Assembly (NCBI GenBank): GCA_965238005.1
Contig: OZ250165.1
Location: 2,368,001 to 2,432,000, forward strand
DNA: 64,000 nt
Direction: 5' to 3'
Origin: Longimicrobiales bacterium
Lineage (GTDB): Bacteria > Gemmatimonadota > Gemmatimonadetes > Longimicrobiales > Gaopeijiaceae
Shown here: piece by piece, positions 50,718 to 61,430 of the stretch
How positions within the stretch are numbered: the stretch's first letter is position 1
Layout of the letters: every line of letters starts with the position of its first letter
Made by a program: the position numbers and the translations under genes
The notes under the pieces: model-generated
Databases searched by the model: none
Told to the model about the DNA's origin: nothing
Seen by the model: the letters and a program-made list of their open reading frames with translations, nothing else

Positions 50718-51441
50718 CCTGGTGCTCTCCATCTGCCTGTGGTGTAGGGCTCGAGAGTCGGCGTGCCCGCTCCCAGACCGCGTCGAACATCGGCTCCGTG
50801 AGCTTTCCGGTAAAGGTGTTTTGCTGGCTCGGATGGTACGAGCCCAGCACCGTGGTGTCACCGAGGCTCACCTCCACGCCGTGAGTGAACCTGGGCCGGG
50901 GACGCGGGACGGGCAGGCCGCGAGCCCCGAGGAGGCGTAGCACCTGGTTGAAGGCGAATCCGCCCAGGGTCACGATCACCCTTGCGGCGCCGAGGACGTC
51001 CAGCTCCCGCTCCAGAAAGGGGCGACAGGAGTCACGCTCGTCCGGCGTCGGGCGGTTGTCCGGCGGCGCGCAGCGTACGGCGGCGGTGATGTACGCCCCC
51101 GACAGGGTTAGGCCGTCGTCGGCCGTGCGACCCTCGGGTTGGCTGGCGAAGCCGGCCCGGTGGAGAGCCCGATACAGCCAATCTCCCGAGCGGTCCCCGG
51201 TGAACATCCGACCCGTTCGATTGGCGCCGTGTGCCCCCGGTGCCAGCCCCACGATGAGGACTCCGGCCTCGGGATCGCCGAAGGACGGCACGGGGCGGCC
51301 CCAATACTCCTCATCCGCGTAGGCTGCCCGCTTGTCTCTGGCCACCTCATGGCACCACCGGATGAGACGGGGGCACCGGGTGCACGCGACAACCTCTGCG
51401 TTGAGCGCTTCGAGGCGGGCACTGTTCTCCCGCTCGGTCAC
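50710..51441 (-). CDS. Uracil-DNA glycosylase family 5 (UdgB-like)
   Basis: CTRCPRL, GLAPGAHGANRTGRMFTGD, RCAPP, YHPSQQN. Confidence 0.93.
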   Translation of the reverse strand: MTERENSARLEALNAEVVACTRCPRLIRWCHEVARDKRAAYADEEYWGRPVPSFGDPEAGVLIVGLAPGAHGANRTGRMFTGDRSGDWLYRALHRAGFASQPEGRTADDGLTLSGAYITAAVRCAPPDNRPTPDERDSCRPFLERELDVLGAARVIVTLGGFAFNQVLRLLGARGLPVPRPRPRFTHGVEVSLGDTTVLGSYHPSQQNTFTGKLTEPMFDAVWERARRLSSPTPQADGEHQDV

Positions 51442-51933
51442 GCCCTGCTGGGGGTCAGGGGATCGAAAGTCATCAGGCCATCCGCTCCCACATCCCCGGC
51501 GACGTCAGTGACCGTGTCCCTCTTCGGCATCCCCTCGGAAGGAGAACAATGCTTCATTGATGCTCTCGGGTCTCGAGCTCGTCTTGTCTGTCCGCAAACT
51601 AGCACAAGCCCCTTGTGCTCGCTTGGTGCCGCCGAGCAGCTTGGGTTGTCGTACGAAACAGCGGGGTGGGGTAAATGCATGGCTCACTTCGCAGGCGTGT
51701 CGAGCAAGGTGCTGGGAGATGCCACCATCTCGTTCCTGGCGGACGGGGGAGGCCGCACCAAGCCCACCGCCTCCTTCCCCGCCTCCGACGACGAGGGATG
51801 GGGGCGACACCGGGATGCCCTGAGCGACTCGGGCGAGCTCGTGACCAGCATCGGCGGTTTTCTCATCGAGCTCCCCGAGGGATGGGAGGACGGTGCCCGA
51901 CGCTGGAGACCCTTCTAGGCCACGGCCCTACGG

Positions 51934-52518
51934 TCAGGCTTCACGCCCCCAGGGCCGGATGAAGTCTTCCGGATCGATCCCCAATCCATCCGCGATCCGC
52001 GTGATGTAGTTGAAGTAGGCCACGACCTGGGTGGCGTCGTGGATGGCCACGTCGTCGAAGCCGAGGGATCGAAGGTGATCCAGATGCGCAGGCGTGACGG
52101 TCCCCTGCTCGTGTGTCAGCCGGACGGCGTGTGCGCAGAGCGCCCGGTCGACCTCGGAGAGCGGCGCGCTGGCCCAGTCCCTGGCCACGGCGTGCACGAA
52201 GGCATCGGCCTCCTCGTCGGTGTCGAACATGTCCTGGACCTCTTCCCGGAGGTCGTGCGCGTGCGCAAGCGTTCAGTAGTGACAGTCAAGCTCCGCCGAG
52301 ACCACGGTGGCGAGCATCTCCCGTTGGACACGCGACAGCGGTGACGGTCCCTTCATGACCGCCTGGTAGAGCTCCATGCTGGCGTCCAAGGTCGGCGGGT
52401 TGGGGCTCATTATGCGAATGATGTTCCACACACGTCCTGCCCGCTTCACCGCCGCATCGTACTGCCGCTTCAGGATTCCGGTGGCTTCGGAAAGGGGAGT
52501 CAGGTGAATCCACGCCAT
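51934..52518 (-). CDS. AhpD/carboxymuconolactone decarboxylase-like peroxidase, probable selenoprotein (Sec82)
   Basis: ORFs 52273-52518 and 51934-52230 are in one frame, joined by TGA: REMLATVVSAELDCHY-U-TLAHAHDL..YFNYITRIADGLG. Confidence 0.85.
52237..52254 (-). promoter_or_regulatory. Candidate bacterial SECIS hairpin
   Basis: GACCUC-CGGGAA-GAGGUC starting 18 nt after the UGA. Confidence 0.6.
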
Positions 52519-52527
52519 CTCTGTCGC

Positions 52528-53115
52528 TCAGCTAGAAGGGAAACCGTCGGACGCCAGGACGGCCTCCGCCTGGTTCAGGTGCCGCTTATCGTGCTCCACG
52601 AGAAGTCGAAGGGCGTCGCCGAGGCGGAAACGGATGAGCCCGCTGACGGGGGATCGTACTTTCGCTCGTCGGAGATCCACCCCCCGGCATCGTTCCACCA
52701 CCGATTTCATATGCGCCTGCTGCTCGATGAAGCGCTCCACGATCCCCGGTTCCACGTCGCCGCCGGCACCGGGTGCGGAAGGCTTGAACACGCTCGGAGC
52801 CTTGAACTTACGGGCCGAACCGGGACCCATCGCCGCGATGAATCGGGCGGCTACAGGGCCTCCTCGAAACCCCGCATCAGGGGTGGCCTTCTCGATCGCG
52901 CCGGCGAAGAGTCGGTCGATGCGCCCGATATAGAGACGGTTCGTGGTCACGAGATGCTCCAGGCACTCGCCGACGCTCCACGAGGCCGGAGCGGGTCGCC
53001 AGCCCAGCTGCTCGGTTGACAGGGAGGCGAATCGGGCTCTCGCCCGCTTCCCCAACGCATCGGAGTCCGCGGAGAGGCCCACGAGGTACTCCGAGGCCGA
53101 ACCCCACTTGGGCAT
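52528..53115 (-). CDS. DinB family protein
   Basis: WSVGECLEHL, HDKRHLNQA. Confidence 0.88.
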   Translation of the reverse strand: MPKWGSASEYLVGLSADSDALGKRARARFASLSTEQLGWRPAPASWSVGECLEHLVTTNRLYIGRIDRLFAGAIEKATPDAGFRGGPVAARFIAAMGPGSARKFKAPSVFKPSAPGAGGDVEPGIVERFIEQQAHMKSVVERCRGVDLRRAKVRSPVSGLIRFRLGDALRLLVEHDKRHLNQAEAVLASDGFPSS

Positions 53116-53129
53116 TTGTTCAGAGCCCC

Positions 53130-53592
53130 CTAGGTACCCAAGCGGCGTGTCTCTGGCCCGCGGCCACTCAGCACCGCCGCCTGATATCGATAGAAGCCGT
53201 AGAGGAGGACCGAGCCTGACAGCACCACGTTGATCAGGGACATCTGGTCGAACGGTCCCTCCAGCGGTTCCCCGCTCAAGATCGCTTCCGGCATGTTCCA
53301 GATCGGCAAGAGGATGGAGAGCATCAGCAGGAGAAGGTTCGTGGCACTCTCCCCTATTCCAACCCAAGGGGCGGCCGCCGGGCGGGCGTACGTGAGGGCG
53401 CCGCACAGCATCGCTCCGCCATAATACAAGAAGCGGAGATTCGAGTCCTCCAGAGCCGCCACTCGAAACGGCATGTCGAAGGCTACGTCGGCAAGGACGA
53501 AGGCCGGAGTGGCGAGGAGATAGGCGGCGATGAAGCCCCCGTGGCCGCCGGCCTCTTCAGCACCGAGGGCGCTCCCATGGAGTCGAGGCTCA
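53130..53592 (-). pseudogene. Membrane protein, apparent 5' frameshift
   Basis: The hydrophobic frame extends upstream of M53474 (FIAAYLLATPAF) with no in-frame start; GTG/ATG starts lie in an adjacent frame. Confidence 0.45.
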
Positions 53593-53627
53593 CCCGTCGC
53601 TCGTCCCGCTCGGAAGCCCGTGGCCGC

Positions 53628-54323
53628 TCAAGCGAGACCCATCAGCATGGTAAGGGTTTCCAGGTCGGGCACCTTCAGGTCTGGCTCGGCTGTGGCCGCT
53701 GCGGTGGCGCCGGAGCCCGCCTTGCCCGCCCGACGATTCACCCACACGCACGACAGTCCCAGCTCACGTGCGGGACCGATGTCGTGATAGAGGCTCTGAG
53801 CCACGTGCAGGATCCCGTCCGGGCCGTGGCCCAGTCGCTCGAAAGCCGCCGAGAAGTTCTCGAGCGACAGCTTGTAGGAGCCGACCTGCTGGGCCGTCAC
53901 CACCTCGTCGAACTCGACGGGCAGCCTCTGAGCGCTGTGCGCGAAGAGGTCGTCGTCGATATTCGAGATCACGGCCAGACGGTAACGACTCTTGAGCGTC
54001 TGGAGGGCGTCCACGGTGTCCTCGAAGAGAGGCCACTCGCTGATCGACTCTGCCAGAGACTCGCGCTCCTCCACAGACGGCTTGAAGCCCAGGGCCTCTC
54101 CGAAATCGTCGACCACTTCCGCCAGAATCTCTCGATATGGGCGGTACTCCTCCGCCTCCACCGCAGACTCAATCCTGCCGAAGATCGTCAGCACCTCCTC
54201 GTCTTCCACGGTCAGGCCGTGACTGACGAGGATGGGCTGCAAGGCCGAGATGATACCCGACTCCCAGTCGATGAGAGTCCCGTAGCAGTCGAAGGTGAGG
54301 CTGTCGAAGGCGTCGAAGTTCAT
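53628..54323 (-). CDS. HAD-superfamily hydrolase (haloacid dehalogenase type II-like)
   Basis: FDCYGTLIDWE, ISNID, HVAQSLYHD. Confidence 0.92.
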   Translation of the reverse strand: MNFDAFDSLTFDCYGTLIDWESGIISALQPILVSHGLTVEDEEVLTIFGRIESAVEAEEYRPYREILAEVVDDFGEALGFKPSVEERESLAESISEWPLFEDTVDALQTLKSRYRLAVISNIDDDLFAHSAQRLPVEFDEVVTAQQVGSYKLSLENFSAAFERLGHGPDGILHVAQSLYHDIGPARELGLSCVWVNRRAGKAGSGATAAATAEPDLKVPDLETLTMLMGLA

Positions 54324-54348
54324 GGACGGTCGGCGTTTCGGGGAGCGT

Positions 54349-54561
54349 TCACCGATTCCGCCGCCGGGCCACGGCCGCGCCGATCATCGGACCGATGAGG
54401 CCGCCCACGGTGGCCCCGATGACCGTCATCACCGCAATGGGATTCAGATGCTGAAGAAACGGGCCGCCATTGGCCAGAGATCGGTAGATACTGAGAGCGG
54501 CGAACAGACCGCCGCCCCATGCCACCCCGAGGATCGTCCAGCGCAGCGTGGACTTTGACAT
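54349..54561 (-). CDS. Small two-TM protein
   Basis: MSKSTLRWTILGVAWGGGLFAAL..; fills the gap between SulP and HAD. Confidence 0.6.
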   Translation of the reverse strand: MSKSTLRWTILGVAWGGGLFAALSIYRSLANGGPFLQHLNPIAVMTVIGATVGGLIGPMIGAAVARRRNR

Positions 54562-54593
54562 CGGACCCTCTCCGGACCCCGTGGCGTGACCGT

Positions 54594-56114
54594 TCATTCC
54601 TCGGCAGCCTCCGGCGGATGCCAGTCCAAGACCCCATTGAGGATGCGCACCGCATGCTCGGGCACGCCATCCAGCTCTACCTCCAGACCGCCGTCCTGAG
54701 CCTCGTCCATCAGCTCCCTCAACACCAAGGCTCCCGTGAAGTCGATGCGGCCAAGTCCTCCCAAGTGCAGGATCAGCCTGGTGGCCTCGCGAGCCTGGGC
54801 CACCTGCTCCGCAGCCATCTGCTCCAGGTATGCTGCCGACCCGAACCACAGCACGCCCTTCGGCTTCAGATGCACCCCCCGGGCATCGGTCCAGGACTCG
54901 ACACCGGGCTTTAGCTCCCGCCAGATATGAACCGCCACCGCCGCCAGGATGCCCAGGACCACTGCCTGCTCGATGTGCGGCGCCAGCCACAGGGTGAGCA
55001 CGAACGTGATCCACCCGACGGCCGCCTGCGGGCGTGACATGCTCCAGAGGGAGGCGAGGGGCAGCAGACGAATGAGGGGAGCCACCGCCGCGATGACGAT
55101 GGCGCTCAAGATCGCCCTCGGCAGCGGCGCGAGAATCTGCGCGAAGGGTAGGAAGACGAGAACCGCGAGTCCGGTGGCTGCGCCGCTCCAGCGCGTGTGG
55201 GCTCCGGAGAGATAGTTCAGGCTGCTTCGGGAAAAGGACCCCCCGACGGGGAACCCGCCGAAGAGGCCGGCCGCCACGTTGGCGGCCCCCTGGCTAACAA
55301 ACTCCCTGTCCGGACTCCAGGGCATGCGTTCCTTCGTGGCGTAGACCCGGGCGATGGACGCCGCCTCGGCAAAGCCTACCAAGGCAATCACGAATCCGGG
55401 GAGAACGAGGACCGGTAGGCTCCTCCACGGGAGGTCGAGACTTAGGGATGGCAGGCCCACCCGGATATCCCCTACTCGGGGACCTGTATACCCGGTCACG
55501 ACGGAGAACGCCAAACCCACGACCGTGGCGATGAGGACTCCGGGCATCAAAGGATGAACGCGATGTCCCAGGAGAATCACGGCCACGGTCGCCGCCGAGA
55601 GGACGACTGCGGCGGCCTCCCAGGAACCCGGATGGGCAAGCGTCCAGAACGCCCGCTGAAGCACTCCGTCACTAGGGGCCAGGACGCCGGCTGCCCCGGG
55701 AAGCTGCGAGCTGATGATCAGGATCGACGCCCCCGAGGTGAAGCCGTCGAGCATGGGCCTGGACATCATGTAGGAGATCCACCCGCCCTTGAAAGCGCCA
55801 ACCATGACGCGGGCGATCCCCACTACCAGGGCCAGAAGCGCCGCCAGGCGTACGTACTCGGCCGAGCCCGGCCCGGCCAGAGGGATGAGGGCACCCAACG
55901 TGAGTAGAGCCGTCACCGCCACGGGACCGGTCTGGAGGTAGGGCGACGAAGCGAAGAACCCCGCGGCAATGGGCGCCACCGCGGCCGCGAAGAGCCCGTG
56001 CCGACTGGGAAGGCCGGCCAGCTCCGCGTATGCCATGGCCTGGGGAATCAGCACCAGGGCCACGCCCACGCCCGACACGAAGTCCCTCGCGGAAGGCCTC
56101 GGGACAGCCGTCAC
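54594..56114 (-). CDS. SulP family anion transporter with STAS domain
   Basis: IPQAMAYA, QTGP, GSFSRS, LWFG, IDFTG. Confidence 0.93.
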   Translation of the reverse strand: MTAVPRPSARDFVSGVGVALVLIPQAMAYAELAGLPSRHGLFAAAVAPIAAGFFASSPYLQTGPVAVTALLTLGALIPLAGPGSAEYVRLAALLALVVGIARVMVGAFKGGWISYMMSRPMLDGFTSGASILIISSQLPGAAGVLAPSDGVLQRAFWTLAHPGSWEAAAVVLSAATVAVILLGHRVHPLMPGVLIATVVGLAFSVVTGYTGPRVGDIRVGLPSLSLDLPWRSLPVLVLPGFVIALVGFAEAASIARVYATKERMPWSPDREFVSQGAANVAAGLFGGFPVGGSFSRSSLNYLSGAHTRWSGAATGLAVLVFLPFAQILAPLPRAILSAIVIAAVAPLIRLLPLASLWSMSRPQAAVGWITFVLTLWLAPHIEQAVVLGILAAVAVHIWRELKPGVESWTDARGVHLKPKGVLWFGSAAYLEQMAAEQVAQAREATRLILHLGGLGRIDFTGALVLRELMDEAQDGGLEVELDGVPEHAVRILNGVLDWHPPEAAEE

Positions 56115-56324
56115 GCCGGCACCCCCACCGCCCATACTGGCGCGTCGCTCTTGAGGCCCGATCGCGTCTGGGTCTCCATGTCACTCCGGTTCGGGTGCAG
56201 ACGGCTTTCGGCGGCGGATCATAAGCCTACGTCAGGCCCGCGAACAGGTGGGATCGCACCGGCACAGACGGATCGGCCGGCACCCCGATCGGAGTGGTTC
56301 TCGAAAGGCGCCACCCAGGGCCGA

Positions 56325-57668
56325 TCAGAAGCGATTGTTCACCACGTTGTTGAAGATGGAGCCGAACTGATAGCTGAACCCTGCCCGGATATCGATGTCG
56401 AAGGAGCTGGGTCGCTCGAGTCTTCGGAGGAGGATCTCCTCGTCGGTGAGTCCCTCGGCGGCGAGGAAGATCTGATCACGGATCCGCTCTGCCCCGCCCC
56501 CGACGTTGAACCGCAGACCCCGAAACAGTCTCACGCTGAGATTCCCGTCGAGCTCCATGCTGTTCTGGGAGAAGTCGTCGAGGAAGGAGGACGCTTCCAG
56601 GCTCAGGCGGGAATCGCCCCACTCCTGGCGTTGGCGGAGTGAAACCTCGAAGCGATGACCCGGACGGGTCTCCGTGGTCTTACCGAAGATGGTCTCCTCT
56701 TCCCAGTCGAAGTACTGGATACCCGCCCGGTAGACGAAGATCAACGACCGCCGAGGCGCCTCTTCGTACGGCCACACGCTGTATTCGATGCCGGGCTCCA
56801 CATCGATCCCGATGTCTTGATTCGAGCGGGTGGAGGAGCTGGCACGAGATCCGATCCCTACCGACCAGTGCTCAGCCAGGGAGTAGACGAGCTGCTGGGT
56901 CACGTTCCAGTCGGCACGGGTGTCGACGAAGGTCGAGCTGTCGTTGAGCTCGAACTTATCCCGCCTGAAACTACCGTTCCCGCGGAAGCTGAACTTCCAC
57001 GTCGTGGTGGTGCGGCTGGCCGAGAAGTTACCCCTGATCCTTCCCGAGTTTTCGGACGATTCGGCGCTGTAGTTGCCGCTCATCCCCGCGTTGAAGACCC
57101 AGAAGTCCCAGGGATCCTCCACCTCGTCTCCAGTCACTAGCCGGTCCGTGAGATCTCGCGCCTCGTCCGTGCGCCGCACCCGCAGTCCCTCGCCCGCTCC
57201 GGCCAGAACGGAGTAACGGGCCAGCCCCACGGCCATCACCTGGGAGATGCCACGTCGTACCTCCTCCGACGTGTCGGTACCGAGGGACATGTAGGTGAGC
57301 CGATCTTCCTGTCCCGCCAGCTCCTCGAGCCCGACGAAGTCCAACCCATGCTCGTTTCCACCGCTGGCGTTGCGCTGGCTGGTCATGATCAGGTGGACCT
57401 GGGCCAAGGTCCGGTCCCGGACCCAATTCACCCAGTCGATCTCGGTCCGGTAGTAGCGGAAGTCGCAGTTACGGCCCGAACAGTCGAAGAAGACGCGGAG
57501 GGCCGCCGATGTCCGAATCCCAGGAGGAGCGTCGGGCTCCTGGGCCCAACCGGGCGAAGGCTGGAGGGCGATGATGAGGAGCGCAGTGAGGTTGAGAGCG
57601 ATACCGCACAGGAGCCTCGACGCCGCACTCCTCGGGCGGGTCGGGTGTCCCACTTTCTTGTGGCTCAT
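56325..57668 (-). CDS. Putative outer-membrane beta-barrel protein
   Basis: Signal peptide, FFDC..CD, amphipathic strands, ends FGSIFNNVVNNRF. Confidence 0.7.
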   Translation of the reverse strand: MSHKKVGHPTRPRSAASRLLCGIALNLTALLIIALQPSPGWAQEPDAPPGIRTSAALRVFFDCSGRNCDFRYYRTEIDWVNWVRDRTLAQVHLIMTSQRNASGGNEHGLDFVGLEELAGQEDRLTYMSLGTDTSEEVRRGISQVMAVGLARYSVLAGAGEGLRVRRTDEARDLTDRLVTGDEVEDPWDFWVFNAGMSGNYSAESSENSGRIRGNFSASRTTTTWKFSFRGNGSFRRDKFELNDSSTFVDTRADWNVTQQLVYSLAEHWSVGIGSRASSSTRSNQDIGIDVEPGIEYSVWPYEEAPRRSLIFVYRAGIQYFDWEEETIFGKTTETRPGHRFEVSLRQRQEWGDSRLSLEASSFLDDFSQNSMELDGNLSVRLFRGLRFNVGGGAERIRDQIFLAAEGLTDEEILLRRLERPSSFDIDIRAGFSYQFGSIFNNVVNNRF

Positions 57669-57850
57669 CCCGCTCCCAATCTATCCCTCAACCCTGAGGG
57701 TCGAAGCCTGAGCGTCGAAGCTCGGGTCTGACGACACCGTTCGGGTGCTCATGCGAACATCCCGTGATTACCCAATGGACACAGTCACGGCCCAAACCGT
57801 TGAGGAGACGCCTCCGGCGGGCGCCCACATCCCAACCCGCGGCACCCCCC

Positions 57851-60800
57851 CTACTCGGGCTGGGGCGTGAGTCCACCCGTGGGTCCCAGCGGATCGGAAA
57901 GCCTTTGGGAACGCACCGTCGCCGGCTGAGGCTCCGTGACGGGTCCGCCCGGGCTGACTGCCCATTCTACGTCGACGGCATCCTCGACGACCTCGGACGC
58001 CTCTTCTACCTCGACTTCTTCTGGGTGCGTGTAATGCCGCTTGAAGAAGTCGGTGAGGTCGTCGACGATGGAGTAGAGCACGGGCACCAGAATCAGCGTG
58101 AGGAACGTGGCGAACAGAATCCCCACGATGACCGCGATGGCCATGGGGCCCCACCAGGCGGCTTGCTCACCGCCCCAGTAGAGCTCCGGCTCGAGGCTCG
58201 TGTAGAGCCCGAAGAAATCGAAGTTGAGCCCGATGGCCAGGGGGATCAGGCCTAAAGCCGTGGTGACGGCGGTCAGGACCACCGGCCGGAACCGCACATG
58301 ACCACCCCGGACCAGCGCTTCGCGCCGGTCCATGCCGTCCCTGGTACGCAGAACGTCGATGTAGTCGATGAGGATGATGGCGTTGTTCACCACGATCCCG
58401 GCCAACGAGATGATCCCCACTCCAGTCATGATGATGCCGAACGGCATCCGGAAGATCATGAGCCCTAGGAAGACGCCGGCAGTCGACATGAAGACCGATG
58501 TGAGGATGATCACCGGCTTGACCACCGAGTTGAACTGGGTCACCAGGATCAGCCCGATGAGCATCACCGCTCCCAAGAACGCACTCTTGAGGAATGCGGC
58601 GGCCTCGTCCTGATCCTGTGACTGGCCGGTGTATTGCACCCGGTAGCCCACGGGCAGCTCGTTGGCGTCAAAGTCGGCCAAAACTTGCTGCACCTCGGCC
58701 AGGACTGCGTTGCTGTTCAGGCCGCCTCTCACGTCGGAGCTGATGGGGGCCATGCGCGTCTGGTCCTTCCGACGGATGCTGCCGTAGCCGTCTGCTACCT
58801 CCCACTTCGCCACCGACAGAAGGGGGATCTGTGTGCCCTCGTTCATGACCGTCAGGTCACGCAAAGCCTCGAGCTCGCCGCGGTATTCCTCGGCCAGGCG
58901 GACCACGATGTCGTACTCGTCGTTGCCCGTACGGTACTTCGCCGCCTCGATTCCCTGGATCGCTCCACGGATGGCAATCCCCACGTCACGGCTCGAGACG
59001 CCGTAGAGGGCGGCCTTTTCACGGTCCACCGAGACGGAGAGCTCGGGTCGGGCCTCGTCCAGGTCACTCTCCAAGCCCACCAGCTTGGCGTAGACCGGAT
59101 CGTCTTCCAGGATCGCCAGGACCCTGTCGGACAGCTCCTTGAGGGTTCCGGCGTCTTCTCCAATGATCTCGATATTCACCGGGGCGCCCTGGGACGGACC
59201 CTCATCCATCTGGTCGACGGTGATGTCGGCTCCGGCGATGTCCGTCCCCAAGGACGCCTGCATGGCGCTCAGAAGGTCGAAGGCGTCGTACTCCTGGTCT
59301 GCGAACTCCACCATGCTGACCGTCACGCGACCGGCGTCGGGACCCGAAGCTCCTCCTCCCATGACAGCCGCTCCGCCCGAGCCGCCCACGGTGGCCACCA
59401 TGGATTTGGCGTCGGAGATGCCCGGTACGGTCAGGATCTCGGATTCCAGCCGCCTGGCGATGGCGTCGGTGGCCTCGGCGCGACTCCCCGCCGGGAGATC
59501 GATGTCCACCAGGATCTCCTTCGGCGGTATGTCCTCTGGGAAGTACTCCACCCCGGCGTTGAAGCGGCCGAAGAGCATGAGCGTCACCACCAGGCCCACC
59601 CCCGAACCGAGGAGCACCAAGGCCCTGTGGTCCAGGGCCCAACCCAGCCGCCCCTCGTAGGTCCTGATTACACGGGGCAACAAGGAGTGCTGGAACCGGC
59701 TCGCTACTCCGACGATGAGATAGTGGTTCAGGGCCCAGAGGAGCGCCACCGTGGCAGCGAGCAGGACGGCCGTGAGCACGTTGTTCGCCGCGAAGATCAG
59801 CAAGAGCATCGCGGCCCCACCGATGAACGTCCAGCGCGCGGCAGGCCTGAAGCGCGGCGCGGGATCGTCCTCGAGGCGCAGGAACATGGCACACAGGGTC
59901 GGAATGATCACGAGCGCCACGAACAGCGAGCTCGACAGCGCGATGATCAGGGTCAAGGGCATGAACTTCATGAACTCGCCCACCTGTCCCGGCCAGAACA
60001 GGAGCGGTGCGAAGGCCGCCAGGGTGGTTAGTGTCGCCGCGATGACGGGCATGGCCACCTCCCCCGTGGCCTTCTTGGCTGCCACCCGGCGGTCCCAGCC
60101 TTCCTCCACATATCGGTAGATGTTCTCAACGACGACGATGGCGTTGTCCACCAGCATGCCCAGCGCCAGGATCAACGAGAACAGGACCACCATGTTCAGC
60201 GTCGTGCCCGTCAGCTGAAGAATGACGAACGAGAGCAGCATCGAGGTCGGGATCGAGATGGCCACGAAGAGCGAGGTGCCGGCTCCGAGGAAGAAGAGCA
60301 GCACCACGATGATGAGGATGAGGCCCGAGATGATGTTGTTCTCGAGGCTGCCCACCATGTCCGCGATCTGTATCGACTGATCGGAAGTGATCTTCACGAC
60401 GGTCGTGGGAGGCAGCTCCGGCTCCATCTCGCGGATGACTTCCTTCACGAGCTCGGACGTCTCGATGATATTCCGGCCCGAGCGCTTCACCACGTCCAGG
60501 GTCACCACCGGTGACTGGTCCAGGCGCGCATAGCTGTCACGCTCCTTGAAGCCGAACTCCACGTCGGCGATGTCGCGGACGTAGATGGGCCGGTCCGCCT
60601 TCATCGCCACCACAATGTCCTCGATGACCGCCGGATCGTCGAACTCGCCATCCACTCGGACCAGGTACTTGAAGGTGCCCACATCGATGGAGCCACCGGG
60701 AATGTTGACGTTCTCATCACGGATGGCGTCGATGAGATCCATGATCTCCAGCCCGTAGAACTGGAGGCGGTCGAGATGGACGTCCACCTTCACCTCTCTC

Positions 60801-61417
60801 TCCAGTCCGCCCCGCACGTCCGCCCGGAGGACCGACGGAATCTGCTCCAGCCGGTCCTGAAGCTCCTCCGCGATCTCTTTGAGCCGGACGACGCCGTACT
60901 TCCCGGAGAGGTTCACCTGCATGACCGGGAACTGGGAGAAGTCGAATTCCATGATCGATGGGTCCTCGGCTTCCGCCGGCAGGTCCGGCTTGGCCAGGTC
61001 CACCTTCTCGCGGACCTTCTGGAGCGCCTCTTCCAGGTTCACCGTGGACTCGAACTCGGCGACGATGCTGGAGTAGCCCTCCACCGACGTCGAAGTGAGC
61101 TCCTTGATGTCGGAGATGGTGGACAGCTCGTCCTCTAGAGGCCGCGTGATCAGGCTCTCGATATCTGCCGGAGACACTCCGCGGTAGATCGTGTTCACGG
61201 CGATCAGGGGGATCTCGATTTCAGGGAACGACTCCCTCGGAATCGTCCGGTACGCGAGCGACCCGCCTATCATGATGAACGCGAAGAGCACCAGCACGCT
61301 GGTCTGGTGGTCCACGGCCGCGCTCGTCGCCCGGAACTCCTTGAATCGGGCCAGGAATCCGGCGTCCTGCCGCTCGTCCAGGTCGCCGTCCTTATGTCCG
61401 TCCGTAGGCTTGATCAT
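57851..61417 (-). CDS. RND efflux permease (AcrB/CzcA family)
   Basis: GMLVDNAIVVVENI, GIVVNNAIILID, RFRPVVLT. Confidence 0.96.
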   Translation of the reverse strand: MIKPTDGHKDGDLDERQDAGFLARFKEFRATSAAVDHQTSVLVLFAFIMIGGSLAYRTIPRESFPEIEIPLIAVNTIYRGVSPADIESLITRPLEDELSTISDIKELTSTSVEGYSSIVAEFESTVNLEEALQKVREKVDLAKPDLPAEAEDPSIMEFDFSQFPVMQVNLSGKYGVVRLKEIAEELQDRLEQIPSVLRADVRGGLEREVKVDVHLDRLQFYGLEIMDLIDAIRDENVNIPGGSIDVGTFKYLVRVDGEFDDPAVIEDIVVAMKADRPIYVRDIADVEFGFKERDSYARLDQSPVVTLDVVKRSGRNIIETSELVKEVIREMEPELPPTTVVKITSDQSIQIADMVGSLENNIISGLILIIVVLLFFLGAGTSLFVAISIPTSMLLSFVILQLTGTTLNMVVLFSLILALGMLVDNAIVVVENIYRYVEEGWDRRVAAKKATGEVAMPVIAATLTTLAAFAPLLFWPGQVGEFMKFMPLTLIIALSSSLFVALVIIPTLCAMFLRLEDDPAPRFRPAARWTFIGGAAMLLLIFAANNVLTAVLLAATVALLWALNHYLIVGVASRFQHSLLPRVIRTYEGRLGWALDHRALVLLGSGVGLVVTLMLFGRFNAGVEYFPEDIPPKEILVDIDLPAGSRAEATDAIARRLESEILTVPGISDAKSMVATVGGSGGAAVMGGGASGPDAGRVTVSMVEFADQEYDAFDLLSAMQASLGTDIAGADITVDQMDEGPSQGAPVNIEIIGEDAGTLKELSDRVLAILEDDPVYAKLVGLESDLDEARPELSVSVDREKAALYGVSSRDVGIAIRGAIQGIEAAKYRTGNDEYDIVVRLAEEYRGELEALRDLTVMNEGTQIPLLSVAKWEVADGYGSIRRKDQTRMAPISSDVRGGLNSNAVLAEVQQVLADFDANELPVGYRVQYTGQSQDQDEAAAFLKSAFLGAVMLIGLILVTQFNSVVKPVIILTSVFMSTAGVFLGLMIFRMPFGIIMTGVGIISLAGIVVNNAIILIDYIDVLRTRDGMDRREALVRGGHVRFRPVVLTAVTTALGLIPLAIGLNFDFFGLYTSLEPELYWGGEQAAWWGPMAIAVIVGILFATFLTLILVPVLYSIVDDLTDFFKRHYTHPEEVEVEEASEVVEDAVDVEWAVSPGGPVTEPQPATVRSQRLSDPLGPTGGLTPQPE

Positions 61418-61430
61418 GTCTCTCAGGTCC

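Noticed and set aside
51442..51930. Possible small ORF or relic between UDG and the selenoprotein
   Set aside because: No family recognised in any frame; left unannotated
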